Assembly: GCA_966096785.1 (NCBI GenBank) | Contig: CBHTVU010000001.1 | Location: forward strand, 8,850 to 72,849 | Length of the DNA: 64,000 nt | Origin: an uncultured Gammaproteobacteria bacterium | Lineage (GTDB): Bacteria > Pseudomonadota > Gammaproteobacteria > Pseudomonadales > Cellvibrionaceae | Direction of reading: 5' to 3' | Part shown: piece by piece, positions 30,656 through 39,561 of the stretch | How positions within the stretch are numbered: position 1 is the stretch's first letter | Layout of the letters: each line of letters begins with the position of its first letter | Position numbers and translations under genes: made by a program | The notes under the pieces: generated by a model | The model's database searches: none | Told to the model about the DNA's origin: nothing | The model's input: the letters and a program-made list of their open reading frames with translations, nothing else

Positions 30656-30867
30656 TCCACGAATGTAATAAACCCATACCATGCCTAACGCCGTTAGGAC
30701 CTGGTTATATCTGGTACATCACCAGCAACGGGATGCTTGAAAACGATGAGGTAACGGTTGTATTAACAAGCGACGGCGGCGTCAAGCATTTTACTACAGA
30801 GCAGATCAAGATATGGTACAATGCCACTTACGATATTAATAAAGGGATTCCACAACCGCCATTCTAA
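30652..30867 (+). CDS. hypothetical protein
   Basis: 71 aa, ATGA overlap with the GroES stop. Confidence 0.45.
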   Translation: MIHECNKPIPCLTPLGPGYIWYITSNGMLENDEVTVVLTSDGGVKHFTTEQIKIWYNATYDINKGIPQPPF

Positions 30868-31539
30868 ATGAAAATACTATTTAAGCTACCGAGCCGTAGC
30901 AGGCCTGAGCGATTCTTTAAGACGCTGGATAACCTGCATACTATGATAGTTGATAAGGAAAACTTTCATATTGCTTGCACACTGGATGAAGATGATTATT
31001 CTATGAATAATCAGGAGGTAAGAGCACGCATTACGGCATATCCTAACACAACTGCAATGTTCGGTTATTCAAAGTCAAAGATCGATGCTTTCAACAGGGA
31101 TATGCTTGATATTGATGGCTGGGACATATGCGTTGCGGTCAGTGATGATATGCAGTTTACTGTAGTTGGTTTTGATAACCTTATACGTGAGGGCTTTAGA
31201 TGTAACGCATCAGATTTAGATGCATTATTACACTACCCGGACCAAGATGCTAAACAGGCAATACCAGTATTATATATAGCGGGTAGGAAATACTTTATTC
31301 GGGACCTGTTCATTTATAACCCTATCTACGAAAGCCTGTTTTGTGATAACGAATCAATGGAGGTAGCTAAAATGCGCGGCAAATATTTCTATATGGGCAT
31401 ACGCATCTTAAATCATTTAAACCCGGCTTATGGCCACCTTCCGCGAGACGCCCAATTTGACCGGCAGCAAAACCTATGGGGAAGGGATGAGCGCGTATTC
31501 AACATTCGTAAAGCTAACAACTTTGGTCTTATTATATGA
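30868..31539 (+). CDS. glycosyltransferase-like protein (GT-A type)
   Basis: 223 aa. N-terminal ILFKLPSRSRPERF and acidic motifs TLDEDD and VSDDM are consistent with a DxD nucleotide-sugar transferase. Confidence 0.45.
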   Translation: MKILFKLPSRSRPERFFKTLDNLHTMIVDKENFHIACTLDEDDYSMNNQEVRARITAYPNTTAMFGYSKSKIDAFNRDMLDIDGWDICVAVSDDMQFTVVGFDNLIREGFRCNASDLDALLHYPDQDAKQAIPVLYIAGRKYFIRDLFIYNPIYESLFCDNESMEVAKMRGKYFYMGIRILNHLNPAYGHLPRDAQFDRQQNLWGRDERVFNIRKANNFGLII

Positions 31540-32129
31540 GCCAGATACTTCTGTCAGTCCTCATACCAACAGTACTGGAGCGGGCTGAGCAATTCCATAA
31601 ATTAAAGCAACACATATTCCACCAGCTGGTTGATCACGAGCTGACTGACATAGTGGAGATCCTGTATATCCAGGACAATAAAGAGATGACCATTGGTGCA
31701 AAGAGAAATAAGTTGTATCGCATGGCAAAGGGCGAGTATAGTTTACAGGTGGATGATGATGATTGGTTACACCCTTTGGCCATGCCGTACATTGTTGATG
31801 AACTTAAAGATAATCCTGATTGCGTTGGTTATAAAGAATTATGCATATATGATGGCAAGCGTGTTGAGTCTAGCAATTTTAGTATTGCTTATCCTGGCTG
31901 GTTAGATAATTACGATGGCTTTAACCATGTACGGACTCCTTTTTTTAAGACTCCGATTAAAACCAGGTTGTGCTTACAATGCCCGATACCTGATATACGG
32001 TTTGGTGAAGATCATGAATTTGCTAAAATGATATATCCATTATTAAGCCGGGAGAATTATATAGATGAGTTTATTTACTACTATCAGCATAATTCAACAC
32101 CTCACAATGAGCGATATGGAATAACCTGA
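31536..32129 (+). CDS. family-2-type glycosyltransferase
   Basis: 197 aa. LSVLIPTVLERAEQF...YIQDNKEMTIGAKRNKLYRMAKGEYSLQVDDDDW is the canonical GT2 N-terminal signature. Confidence 0.7.
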   Translation: MSQILLSVLIPTVLERAEQFHKLKQHIFHQLVDHELTDIVEILYIQDNKEMTIGAKRNKLYRMAKGEYSLQVDDDDWLHPLAMPYIVDELKDNPDCVGYKELCIYDGKRVESSNFSIAYPGWLDNYDGFNHVRTPFFKTPIKTRLCLQCPIPDIRFGEDHEFAKMIYPLLSRENYIDEFIYYYQHNSTPHNERYGIT

Positions 32130-32153
32130 TGAATCCAACAAAACAATAATCAT

Positions 32154-32366
32154 ATGTCAGAAAAGTCTTTAGGAGAACAACGTGTACGAACAGATTTTAA
32201 TGCCAGTGGCTCAGAGCTGGTGGATATTATTAAAAATAAAAGCGCAGACCTCATTAACATTTGCGAAGCCTTAAAGGCTAACGGCAAAGATGCGCGGCTT
32301 GCCTCACTTGCCCAAACCAGTTATGAGGAAGCGGCTATGTGGGCAGTTAAATCAGCAACATCGTAA
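32154..32366 (+). CDS. hypothetical protein
   Basis: 70-aa ORF inside the glycosylation island. Confidence 0.4.
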   Translation: MSEKSLGEQRVRTDFNASGSELVDIIKNKSADLINICEALKANGKDARLASLAQTSYEEAAMWAVKSATS

Positions 32367-32369
32367 AAA

Positions 32370-33053
32370 ATGGAATTAACAAAAGCTAAAATCTGCATCA
32401 TAAACGCTGGTATTGGCGGCTGGTACCCGGTGGGGACTAAACGATTACGGAAGAGCTTGAACGAGGTTGGCTTTGCGGGAGATGTGCTAACCTGGGAGGA
32501 TCAGTATCCACCGAACAGCCACCCTCACCAGGAAGTACCGTACTACTTTAAGATTGCAGCCTTTGAATGGGCTTTATACCGGCAATACACACATATATTA
32601 TGGTGTGACAGTAGTTTCTGGGCTGTTAATGATCCCATGCCAATATTCGATATTATCAATGATCAGGGGTATTATATGTTCTCATCTGGGTACAGCCTTG
32701 GCCAAACGGCTAACGATCGTAGCCTTGAATACCTGGACTACAAACGCGAGCATTTAATGGGCATACCTGAGTGGGCGACGGGCTGTGTTGGAATCAACTT
32801 TGAGAACCCAACAGGCCGCGAACTATACAAGCTTTGGAAGGAATATATGGATGCGGGCTTAAGCATTGGTTCCAGGTTACATGACAACCAAAGCACTGAT
32901 CCGCGCTTTCTGTTCCACCGACAAGATCAGACATGCTGGAGCTTGGCTTGCTATAAACTTGAAGCCCGCAATGAACGAGGCCTGGATCACATAGCATATT
33001 ACGGCACCGGTCACAACCCACAACAATTAATCTTTTATATAAGAGGTGTATGA
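32370..33053 (+). CDS. putative nucleotide-diphospho-sugar transferase
   Basis: 227 aa. YYFKIAAFEWALYRQYTHILWCDSSFWAV resembles the GT-A 'K...ylDsD' core. Weak call. Confidence 0.35.
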   Translation: MELTKAKICIINAGIGGWYPVGTKRLRKSLNEVGFAGDVLTWEDQYPPNSHPHQEVPYYFKIAAFEWALYRQYTHILWCDSSFWAVNDPMPIFDIINDQGYYMFSSGYSLGQTANDRSLEYLDYKREHLMGIPEWATGCVGINFENPTGRELYKLWKEYMDAGLSIGSRLHDNQSTDPRFLFHRQDQTCWSLACYKLEARNERGLDHIAYYGTGHNPQQLIFYIRGV

Positions 33054-33874
33054 CAGCAATAATTAGCATTACTCACGATGATAAATATCTGTTTTATTTA
33101 CCTATTGTAGCATGGTCCTGGAATAAGATAGGCTGCGATGTGGTTGTTATAGGGCCAGACCTGGGCGTTGAAACTACTGATGATCGCATTGAACTAATCA
33201 TAGACACCAGATGGGAAAATGATATCAGTTTCCATTGGGTGGGTTTCAACGCGCCGCCTGAGAAAGAAGCTACGTATGCGCAATGCTCCAGGTTATATGC
33301 AGCTGGGTTTAGGCGGCTCCTGCCTGATGACGAGGTGCTGATCACTAGTGATGTTGATATGGCCGTGTTTAATAAGGAGTATTTAGAAACTGGTCAAGAT
33401 GGCCGCATACATGTTTACGGCGCCGACCTGGTGCCAGAAGGTCAATACCCAATATGTTATATCGCCATGACCGGCGCCACTTGGCGGGATGTAATGGATA
33501 TTAAGTTGGGCGAAACCATGCAGGATAAACTGGATCAGCTATTGGGGGACTTAGATTGTGAACACTTCAGAGGTAATTATTGGTGCAAAGATCAGGAAAC
33601 AATTTACAGTCAGCTCAATAACGGCAATTGGCATCCTGTAATACATAATCGCGCAAAGCTCCCACATCAATTTGCTACACGCCGCGCTGATCGAGACGGC
33701 TGGCCAGATGAGCCCGCATCAGATATTATAGACGCACACTTGCCCCGACCTGGATATACTGATGAGAACTTTGAAAGAATCATTCGTTTGTTTACAACAA
33801 TGTACCCTAATGAAAACTTTACCTGGATGCGCGATTACAGAGATAAATATGTACGATTAATTACAAATAAATGA
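33050..33874 (+). CDS. putative glycosyltransferase (DxD type)
   Basis: 274 aa. LITSDVDMAVF motif preceded by a Rossmann-like N-terminus. ATGA coupling on both sides. Confidence 0.4.
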   Translation: MTAIISITHDDKYLFYLPIVAWSWNKIGCDVVVIGPDLGVETTDDRIELIIDTRWENDISFHWVGFNAPPEKEATYAQCSRLYAAGFRRLLPDDEVLITSDVDMAVFNKEYLETGQDGRIHVYGADLVPEGQYPICYIAMTGATWRDVMDIKLGETMQDKLDQLLGDLDCEHFRGNYWCKDQETIYSQLNNGNWHPVIHNRAKLPHQFATRRADRDGWPDEPASDIIDAHLPRPGYTDENFERIIRLFTTMYPNENFTWMRDYRDKYVRLITNK

Positions 33875-34431
33875 CAGGACTAAGCGACTTCCAACGATTT
33901 GACCCCACCAACGGCCTTGTTGAACCCTGGCTTACTCACCCAGCTCTTGACGTAATCAAGAGCTGGGATTTGTCAGATAAGTTAGTGCTGGAGTATGGCG
34001 CAGGCTTATCAACATTATGGTGGGCTGACAAATGCAAGTATGTAATGTCAATTGAGGCTGATGCGAAATGGTTCGCAGATATAGTTAGGCAGAGAAACGA
34101 ACGCGGCCTGGAGGGCAAGGCTGAGTTGCATTATCGAAACTGTAATGAAGGCGATCAAACTAAAATTGACTTTTATACTGAAGTGCCGGCATGGTATACA
34201 CCAAACATTGTGGTCGTAGATGGCATCTTGCGTTATGAATGTATTCTGAAAGCGCTTGAGTTGCCCAGGCCCCTAACCCTTATAGTAGATAACTGGCAAC
34301 AAGACTATGTATTTATCTGTCCAGCTGCTGAAGAAGCGCTTAAGGGTTTCACGGGAAACGTTTATGTACAACCGGGCCATACCAATCATGAAGGCAGACC
34401 ATGGGCAACAGCAATATTTAACATTGAATAA
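33871..34431 (+). CDS. class I SAM-dependent methyltransferase-like protein
   Basis: 186 aa. Motif I VLEYGAGLSTLWW, acidic residue after beta-2 (SIEAD), and LIVDNWQ. Confidence 0.55.
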   Translation: MTGLSDFQRFDPTNGLVEPWLTHPALDVIKSWDLSDKLVLEYGAGLSTLWWADKCKYVMSIEADAKWFADIVRQRNERGLEGKAELHYRNCNEGDQTKIDFYTEVPAWYTPNIVVVDGILRYECILKALELPRPLTLIVDNWQQDYVFICPAAEEALKGFTGNVYVQPGHTNHEGRPWATAIFNIE

Positions 34432-34441
34432 ATAATTACTT

Positions 34442-34708
34442 ATGCGCATAGAAATGCCAAATCATAGCAGCAGAGAAGATATCCATGCCATCCACGGCAA
34501 CACAATGACCTTGTTAAGCGAAAAAGAAGTTAATGAGGGCGATACGATAGTAAGCCCTCATAAAATCACACTAACGCATTATGCTGTTTTCTATGTAGAA
34601 GAAATTAAAGAAAAGCGCCGGCCTATGGGTGATTGGAAGTGTGAGCCGCCGAATTTATATAAGATTAGGTTTCGCAAAGAAATGGTAAAGTTTGAGATGA
34701 CAAATTAA
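34442..34708 (+). CDS. hypothetical protein
   Basis: 88-aa ORF. Confidence 0.4.
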   Translation: MRIEMPNHSSREDIHAIHGNTMTLLSEKEVNEGDTIVSPHKITLTHYAVFYVEEIKEKRRPMGDWKCEPPNLYKIRFRKEMVKFEMTN

Positions 34709-34713
34709 CACAC

Positions 34714-35370
34714 ATGGCAAAGAAGAAAAAAGAACCTGTTCCTATTGAACCGGTTTACCAACCTGGTGTGCCGCTGCCCCTTGATCACCCGGAAATTCCA
34801 GATGAATGGATGCCCGTTGATGATTTTAGCAGCCACCGACCTATGCTATATAGAGCAATTATGAATACACACCATGTTGGATTTTTTGAGTTTGGGACTG
34901 GTAACGGGAGCACGCCACTATTAACACAGTTGTATGCAGACGAATTTAGAATGAATGACTGCATAAGTTATGAAAGCGATTACCAATGGTTTGAGTTAAT
35001 GAAAACTAAATCCTATGAGGCCATAGCCCATGGAGATAATATTTGGACTTATAAGAACCATACTTTGTTTTATGAGCCGGAATACTTGCATGTAAATGTA
35101 TGGAAGGGGTCTATTGTATTTATAGACTGTGCACCAGCAGAGCTGCGCAAATATCTTATCAGCAAGCACAGCAATATCGCAAAGCTGATCATTGTACATG
35201 ACACAGAGCATGGCGCTGAGTACGTATATGGCATGCAGGATATTCTAAGCAGCTTCAAATATCGTTGTGACCTAATTGTTGAAGGAGCGCCGCAAACAAC
35301 TGTAGTAAGCAATTTGTACGAATTTAATAACTGGAAAACTGTTGTCAATGACAAAATTAGATTTGAGTGA
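34714..35370 (+). CDS. methyltransferase-fold protein (second copy, divergent)
   Basis: 218 aa. FFEFGTGNGSTPLL (motif I-like), IVFIDCAP and IIVHDTEH. Architecture parallels 33871..34431. Confidence 0.4.
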   Translation: MAKKKKEPVPIEPVYQPGVPLPLDHPEIPDEWMPVDDFSSHRPMLYRAIMNTHHVGFFEFGTGNGSTPLLTQLYADEFRMNDCISYESDYQWFELMKTKSYEAIAHGDNIWTYKNHTLFYEPEYLHVNVWKGSIVFIDCAPAELRKYLISKHSNIAKLIIVHDTEHGAEYVYGMQDILSSFKYRCDLIVEGAPQTTVVSNLYEFNNWKTVVNDKIRFE

Positions 35371-35548
35371 TTTCTTAGTATTCGCTCTTGCGGGTGCAAC
35401 CATTGTTGTTATAGCGTTTGTGGTTGGTTATTTAATCGGCTGGAGCTTATACAACATGAACCATAAATTTCGGGACTGGGTTGATAATATACGTCATAAT
35501 GATAGCACATATAATTATAAATCCCGACAACCCACGGCCAAAAGATAA
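35342..35548 (+). CDS. small single-TM protein
   Basis: 68 aa with one TM (FLVFALAGATIVVIAFVVGYLIGW). Overlaps both neighbours. Confidence 0.35.
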   Translation: MSMTKLDLSDFLVFALAGATIVVIAFVVGYLIGWSLYNMNHKFRDWVDNIRHNDSTYNYKSRQPTAKR

Positions 35549-36092
35549 TCTATACCTGGAGTTGGATCAGCAGGGTATAACAGCAAAATTCTGGGTCTGT
35601 GTGCCAGATCGCAATAATGTTGTACGGTCCATAAACCTGTCTCATAAACAAATTGTCAGCTTTGCTAAGGACCATTTACTTCCTGAAATATGTATTATGG
35701 AGGAAGATGTAATGTTCCCGGCTCAGGATGGCTGGCGATATTTCTTGGATAATAAGCCGCATGAATTTGACTTGTACCTCGCAGGGGCATACGGGCTGAA
35801 TGATGCGGCTTTTACCAGGATACTTAAAAAGCCTGGAGCAGTTGCGGTGCATAATTTTGCTGGGCTGCATTGCTATATAATAAGAAACACTTACTATGAT
35901 AAGTTTTTATCCTTAGACGAAAACCAGCATATCGATAACCAGCCCGGTATGGGACGGTTTTTTGTGTGTGCGCCATTTGCTGCGTTGCAACGGCCTGGTT
36001 ATAGTTATAATGCTAAGCGAACTGTTGACTATAATAGCGATAGACGTATTTTACCACCTGAATGTATATATTATGGGACGCAAAGTGAATAA
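35499..36092 (+). CDS. glycosyltransferase family 25-like protein
   Basis: The track ORF starts at a TTG (35481); the ATG at 35499 is preferred. HIIINPDNPRPKDN...INLSHKQIV...ICIMEEDVMF resembles the GT25 pattern (VINL..R ... ilEDD). Confidence 0.45.
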   Translation: MIAHIIINPDNPRPKDNLYLELDQQGITAKFWVCVPDRNNVVRSINLSHKQIVSFAKDHLLPEICIMEEDVMFPAQDGWRYFLDNKPHEFDLYLAGAYGLNDAAFTRILKKPGAVAVHNFAGLHCYIIRNTYYDKFLSLDENQHIDNQPGMGRFFVCAPFAALQRPGYSYNAKRTVDYNSDRRILPPECIYYGTQSE

Positions 36093-36471
36093 GCCAATAA
36101 TCGAACTGGATATGCCTAACGGCAAAATCAAGCAATATTGGCACAGTGCCAAAGCTGCCAGCGACTTTTATAATATAAATGTTGTTAATATATCCTATAA
36201 TGTTAATGGTATCACAAAGCAGGCCAAAGGCCATTATTTTAGGTTTGCAACCCAACAAGAAATTGAGCAATACAGCAAAATTGCAGAAACAATTGCTCCA
36301 CCAATAAGCACTGACCCAGCTCCGATAGACGACAATAGCGCCATTTCTGTAAGCCCGGCTCCGGTAATCGAAGAGACTGTACAACCAGATGAGCAACAAG
36401 AAAATATAACGTCGCCCTTCGCCCGACTCTTAGAAAAGAGTAAAAAAAAGTTCCAAAATAATCCAAAATAA
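36073..36471 (+). CDS. stand-alone NUMOD1/IENR1-like DNA-binding protein
   Basis: ATG at 36073 (MGRKVNKPIIELD...). GKIKQYWHSAKAASDFYNINVVNISYNVNGITKQAKGHYFRF matches the nuclease-associated modular DNA-binding repeat. No nuclease domain is present. Confidence 0.5.
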   Translation: MGRKVNKPIIELDMPNGKIKQYWHSAKAASDFYNINVVNISYNVNGITKQAKGHYFRFATQQEIEQYSKIAETIAPPISTDPAPIDDNSAISVSPAPVIEETVQPDEQQENITSPFARLLEKSKKKFQNNPK

Positions 36472-36627
36472 TTATATACATTAGGGGCGTTTCATAATTA
36501 TAAACACCTTAATCGTATGCATATGCGCTCTATTCCTGCACGCGGCCAACCATGCTGCAAAAGCCCGCCTGTATTCCTTCTTAACGTCGCTTTTCTGATA
36601 ACTGCATTTTGAGTATAACATGAAACA

Positions 36628-37077
36628 ATGGAACATGAACAACAATGGGCTGGTATCAATATTCAATGGGATGGCAAGGAGATCGCTATAAAATACTCAG
36701 ATATGACAGTTGAGCAGTTGACCAATTTATTATATGGTGCGCTGCTCGAAATTCCATGGTGCCGTGAGGCAATGGAAATAGCCATTGAGAAAACAAAACC
36801 CAATGAAATGGACCGGTCAACATTTATACATAACCTACGATTGCTTCGCATTAATGAAAATTTAAATACGATTGAATTAGCCGATAGACTAAATCTGCCT
36901 TACAATAGGATTTCTTTAATTGAGAATAATCCAAAAATTAAGATCGCTCCTGAAGAAATTGAAATTATTGCCAATTATTTCAAGCTGACGCCAGAAACCT
37001 TAACTAACATTAGGGGGTCTGTTACATTCAAAACCCAAAACGATGGCAAAGAAGAAGAACAGCCGGAAGCCTATTAA
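36628..37077 (+). CDS. XRE-family HTH protein
   Basis: 149 aa. The C-terminal half (IHNLRLLRINENLNTIELADRLNLPYNRISLIENN) is a Cro/C1-type HTH. Confidence 0.65.
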   Translation: MEHEQQWAGINIQWDGKEIAIKYSDMTVEQLTNLLYGALLEIPWCREAMEIAIEKTKPNEMDRSTFIHNLRLLRINENLNTIELADRLNLPYNRISLIENNPKIKIAPEEIEIIANYFKLTPETLTNIRGSVTFKTQNDGKEEEQPEAY

Positions 37078-37321
37078 AAAAGCAGCTGCAACTGTTGCAA
37101 AGAAAACATCAATTAAAGCCGCAAATAAAATAAAGAATAAGATTGTTGGGGACTTATATTCTAGGTCGCCAGAGGCTAAGGCTATCTATAAGAATCGTTG
37201 GTACTATAAACATCATACTAACAACCTAAAAAAGCAAATGGAGTATGATAAAAAGCACGATGAAAAGAAGCGACTAGCCTTTATTGAATACTATAATAAA
37301 AAATACCCACCACCAAAATGA
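37043..37321 (+). CDS. highly basic Lys-rich protein
   Basis: 92 aa, starts MAKKKNSRKPIKKAAATVAKK. Overlaps the upstream ORF by 35 nt. Confidence 0.4.
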   Translation: MAKKKNSRKPIKKAAATVAKKTSIKAANKIKNKIVGDLYSRSPEAKAIYKNRWYYKHHTNNLKKQMEYDKKHDEKKRLAFIEYYNKKYPPPK

Positions 37322-38163
37322 GCAAAACTTTTGTAATTGGCGATATACACGGTGCCCATAAAGCGCTTGAGCAGTGCCTTGAGCGTTGTGGGTTTGATTA
37401 TGAGAATGATACTTTAATTGCTTTAGCTGATTATTGTGATGGCTGGCCTTATGTTTATGAATGTATTGAAATCCTTCTGCGCATTGTCAATTTGATCCCT
37501 TTGCTTGGAAATCATGATCAATGGCTTAGATATTGGTTAGAAACTGGCGTTCACCCTGTTAATTGGAGCCAGGGCGGTAAGGGCACTGTAACATCATATT
37601 TACGGAATTCAGGTAAGGATATTGATCATTATAGAGCATTTTATGTTTATAATCAGAACGGTCGCCCTGTAGAGTGTTATGAATACGCCGAATTTAATTT
37701 TACAGACGTTCCTCCGTCTCACCAAGCATTTTTCAGATCCTTACACCTTTACTATAAAGACGATAAGAATCGCCTATTCGTACATGCGGGCATGTATAAT
37801 AAAAATCTTACACTAAAAGAGAATCAGCAGCAATCACCAGCTGATTTTTATTGGGATAGGAAATTATGGAATAAGGCAAAGAGCGCAAAGGGTGCCAAGA
37901 TGAAATTTGCTGAACCGCTCAGTGAAATATTCATTGGCCATACAGCAACCACTCAATGGACTACGAAGGAAATAAGAACCGACGCCGGCATAATAATCCC
38001 TAAAGGTGACCCAATTACAACACCAATGCACGCTGACATTATATGGAACCTGGATACTGGTGCCGGCGCCAATGGCAAATTAACAATCATGGATGTTGAT
38101 ACCCATGAGTATTGGCAGTCTGATTTGGTAAATACATTTTATGGCGATTATAAACCTAGATGA
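37318..38163 (+). CDS. calcineurin-like metallophosphatase (Ser/Thr phosphatase / ApaH type)
   Basis: 281 aa. VIGDIHG, ALADYCDGWP (GDxxDRG variant), LLGNHD, FVHAG and IGHT appear in the canonical order. Confidence 0.8.
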   Translation: MSKTFVIGDIHGAHKALEQCLERCGFDYENDTLIALADYCDGWPYVYECIEILLRIVNLIPLLGNHDQWLRYWLETGVHPVNWSQGGKGTVTSYLRNSGKDIDHYRAFYVYNQNGRPVECYEYAEFNFTDVPPSHQAFFRSLHLYYKDDKNRLFVHAGMYNKNLTLKENQQQSPADFYWDRKLWNKAKSAKGAKMKFAEPLSEIFIGHTATTQWTTKEIRTDAGIIIPKGDPITTPMHADIIWNLDTGAGANGKLTIMDVDTHEYWQSDLVNTFYGDYKPR

Positions 38164-38441
38164 TGAAAAAGCCTAATTACAGCCCATTCCCAAAACTGGA
38201 ACAAAGCAGCAATGATACTGGCCGCTTAGTATCTTACCATGTTCAAAAAAGGGGGCCAGAGAAGCGTACAATTTATTACTTATTTAAAGACGTTGTAGCA
38301 GCTAAAGGCGGCATAGTACAACAAAACTACCTTGTATATACCACGTTTAATTTTGAGCGACTGCACCAGTATCTTACACAGTCCGGTTTAGTGCCAATGA
38401 TAAATCAAATAGACCCAAGGATCGTAATGGAGTATTTATAA
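38160..38441 (+). CDS. hypothetical protein
   Basis: 93 aa, ATGA-coupled to the phosphatase gene. Confidence 0.45.
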   Translation: MMKKPNYSPFPKLEQSSNDTGRLVSYHVQKRGPEKRTIYYLFKDVVAAKGGIVQQNYLVYTTFNFERLHQYLTQSGLVPMINQIDPRIVMEYL

Positions 38442-38449
38442 ACAAAAAA

Positions 38450-38466
38450 CCCCTGCACAGCAGGGG
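38450..38466. terminator. hairpin terminator at the end of the plus-strand operon
   Basis: CCCCTGC-ACA-GCAGGGG. The A-run lies upstream and the T-run is on the minus strand only, so it is stronger for leftward transcription. Confidence 0.5.
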
Positions 38467-38670
38467 TTACACTAATCAAATACCATTAACCATTAAACCT
38501 TATCCTATGTCCAAATATAATACAGTAATTTTATTGAACAAAATTATATGAGTAATTAATCTTTCCTGCAACAAGATTATCTTAACATATACTTTATTGT
38601 TAGTATTATATTTATACTTTATATAATATGGCGGGTTCAGATTAGGCTGAAAAGGACTAACGCTAAATTA

Positions 38671-38844
38671 ATGGGCCTCATACATCAGTTCAATTATCAG
38701 AATTATCAAATGGCTCAGGTGCAAATTGAATACTTTAATAATAAACCTGATATAACACCCCAGGAACGGGAAAAGCTCTATAAAGCACAAATAATTGTTC
38801 AGAAATTCCATGATAATTATGAGCAGCCAACTGAAAATTCTTAA
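38671..38844 (+). CDS. possible small protein (57 aa)
   Basis: ATG..TAA frame MGLIHQFNYQNYQMAQVQIEYFNNKPDITPQEREKLYKAQIIVQKFHDNYEQPTENS. It falls below the track cutoff and is the only protein-like frame in the 1.3-kb gap. Confidence 0.3.
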   Translation: MGLIHQFNYQNYQMAQVQIEYFNNKPDITPQEREKLYKAQIIVQKFHDNYEQPTENS

Positions 38845-38901
38845 ACTTTTTTCAACCTGTATATCACATCGTTAGTATTTAATTAAGGTGCTTTCTACTT
38901 A

Positions 38902-38951
38902 TAAAGTCAATCTGGAATTTGGCAATTTCGCAAAAAACACCTGTAGGTTTA
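38902..38951 (+). promoter_or_regulatory. conserved late-type promoter element, copy 4 (plus strand, no CDS downstream)
   Basis: TAAAGTCAATCTGGAATTTGG-N21-TAGGTTTA. Spacing is identical to copies 1-3 (43 nt from the first T to the -7-like box). Confidence 0.5.
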
Positions 38952-38956
38952 CAGTG

Positions 38957-39058
38957 CTTTGATCCGAATAGGTAATGCGCATATCTACTCGGGTTGCGAA
39001 TGGGACCTGAAATTCCGCTAGTAACTCGCCTGCACATGCGCATTGTGCGGGCTTTTTT
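38957..39058 (+). ncRNA. candidate ~100-nt phage small RNA
   Basis: Bounded by promoter copy 4 and an intrinsic terminator. No start codon or open frame. Contains two copies of the palindrome ATGCGCAT (38975-38982 and 39036-39043). Confidence 0.4.
39028..39058 (+). terminator. intrinsic terminator, plus-strand specific
   Basis: GCCTGCACA-TGCGCAT-TGTGCGGGC followed by TTTTTT. The single non-Watson-Crick pair is G-U on the plus-strand RNA and would be A-C on the minus strand. Confidence 0.6.
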
Positions 39059-39372
39059 ATGCCCGACTGTTCCAAAGCTGGCTGCCTAACAGGTAACCGG
39101 GCTAATGACCGGGACTGGTTCTTCACTCGACAGAGTTCTTTACAGTGTTGTTAGGGGAATGACGGGGGAATAAAGGGGCTAGTGCCCAAGGACCCGTTGC
39201 AGCCTCAAAAGGGCTGCTGGTAAATAACGGCGACGGCGACCGACGAATCGTTATAACCAATTCTGAAGAGGTTAAGCCCCTCTTTAGGAATTGGTGTATC
39301 CAGCTCTGGCTCCCTCTGAATTGTTATTATGATGAATATAGTTAGTGTATAAAGGGCATGATACAAACAAAA

Positions 39373-39398
39373 ACACCCCTGGTGTTACCCAAGGGTGT
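39373..39398 (-). terminator. intrinsic terminator, minus-strand specific
   Basis: Minus strand: CACCCTTGG-GTAACA-CCAGGGGTG followed by TTTTTGTTTG. The odd pair is G-U on the minus RNA and C-A on the plus RNA. Confidence 0.55.
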
Positions 39399-39506
39399 GT
39401 AAGACAGCATAACCAATAAAACGATACCGACAATGATTAGGAAGTTACCTGTTAATACTGCCTTTATAGGTTATTCTTTCGCGGGAAATAAACTATGCCT
39501 CAAATA

Positions 39507-39525
39507 TCTTCACATTTCTTCACAT
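39507..39525. repeat. direct repeat TCTTCACAT x2 (10-bp period)
   Basis: TCTTCACAT at 39507-39515 and at 39517-39525. Confidence 0.6.
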
Positions 39526-39538
39526 ATCCAAATAAAAA

Positions 39539-39561
39539 GCCCCGAGTGGAGAACCCAGGGC
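39539..39561 (-). terminator. intrinsic terminator, minus-strand specific
   Basis: Minus strand: GCCCTGGG-TTCTCCA-CTCGGGGC followed by TTTTTATTT. Two G-U pairs on the minus RNA would be A-C mismatches on the plus RNA. Confidence 0.5.

Noticed and set aside
38899-39126. 75-aa minus-strand ORF in the non-coding hub
   Set aside because: It has a GTG start and low-complexity, odd composition. It is read straight through a plus-strand-specific intrinsic terminator and through promoter copy 4, so it is most likely a shadow frame of structured RNA/DNA.
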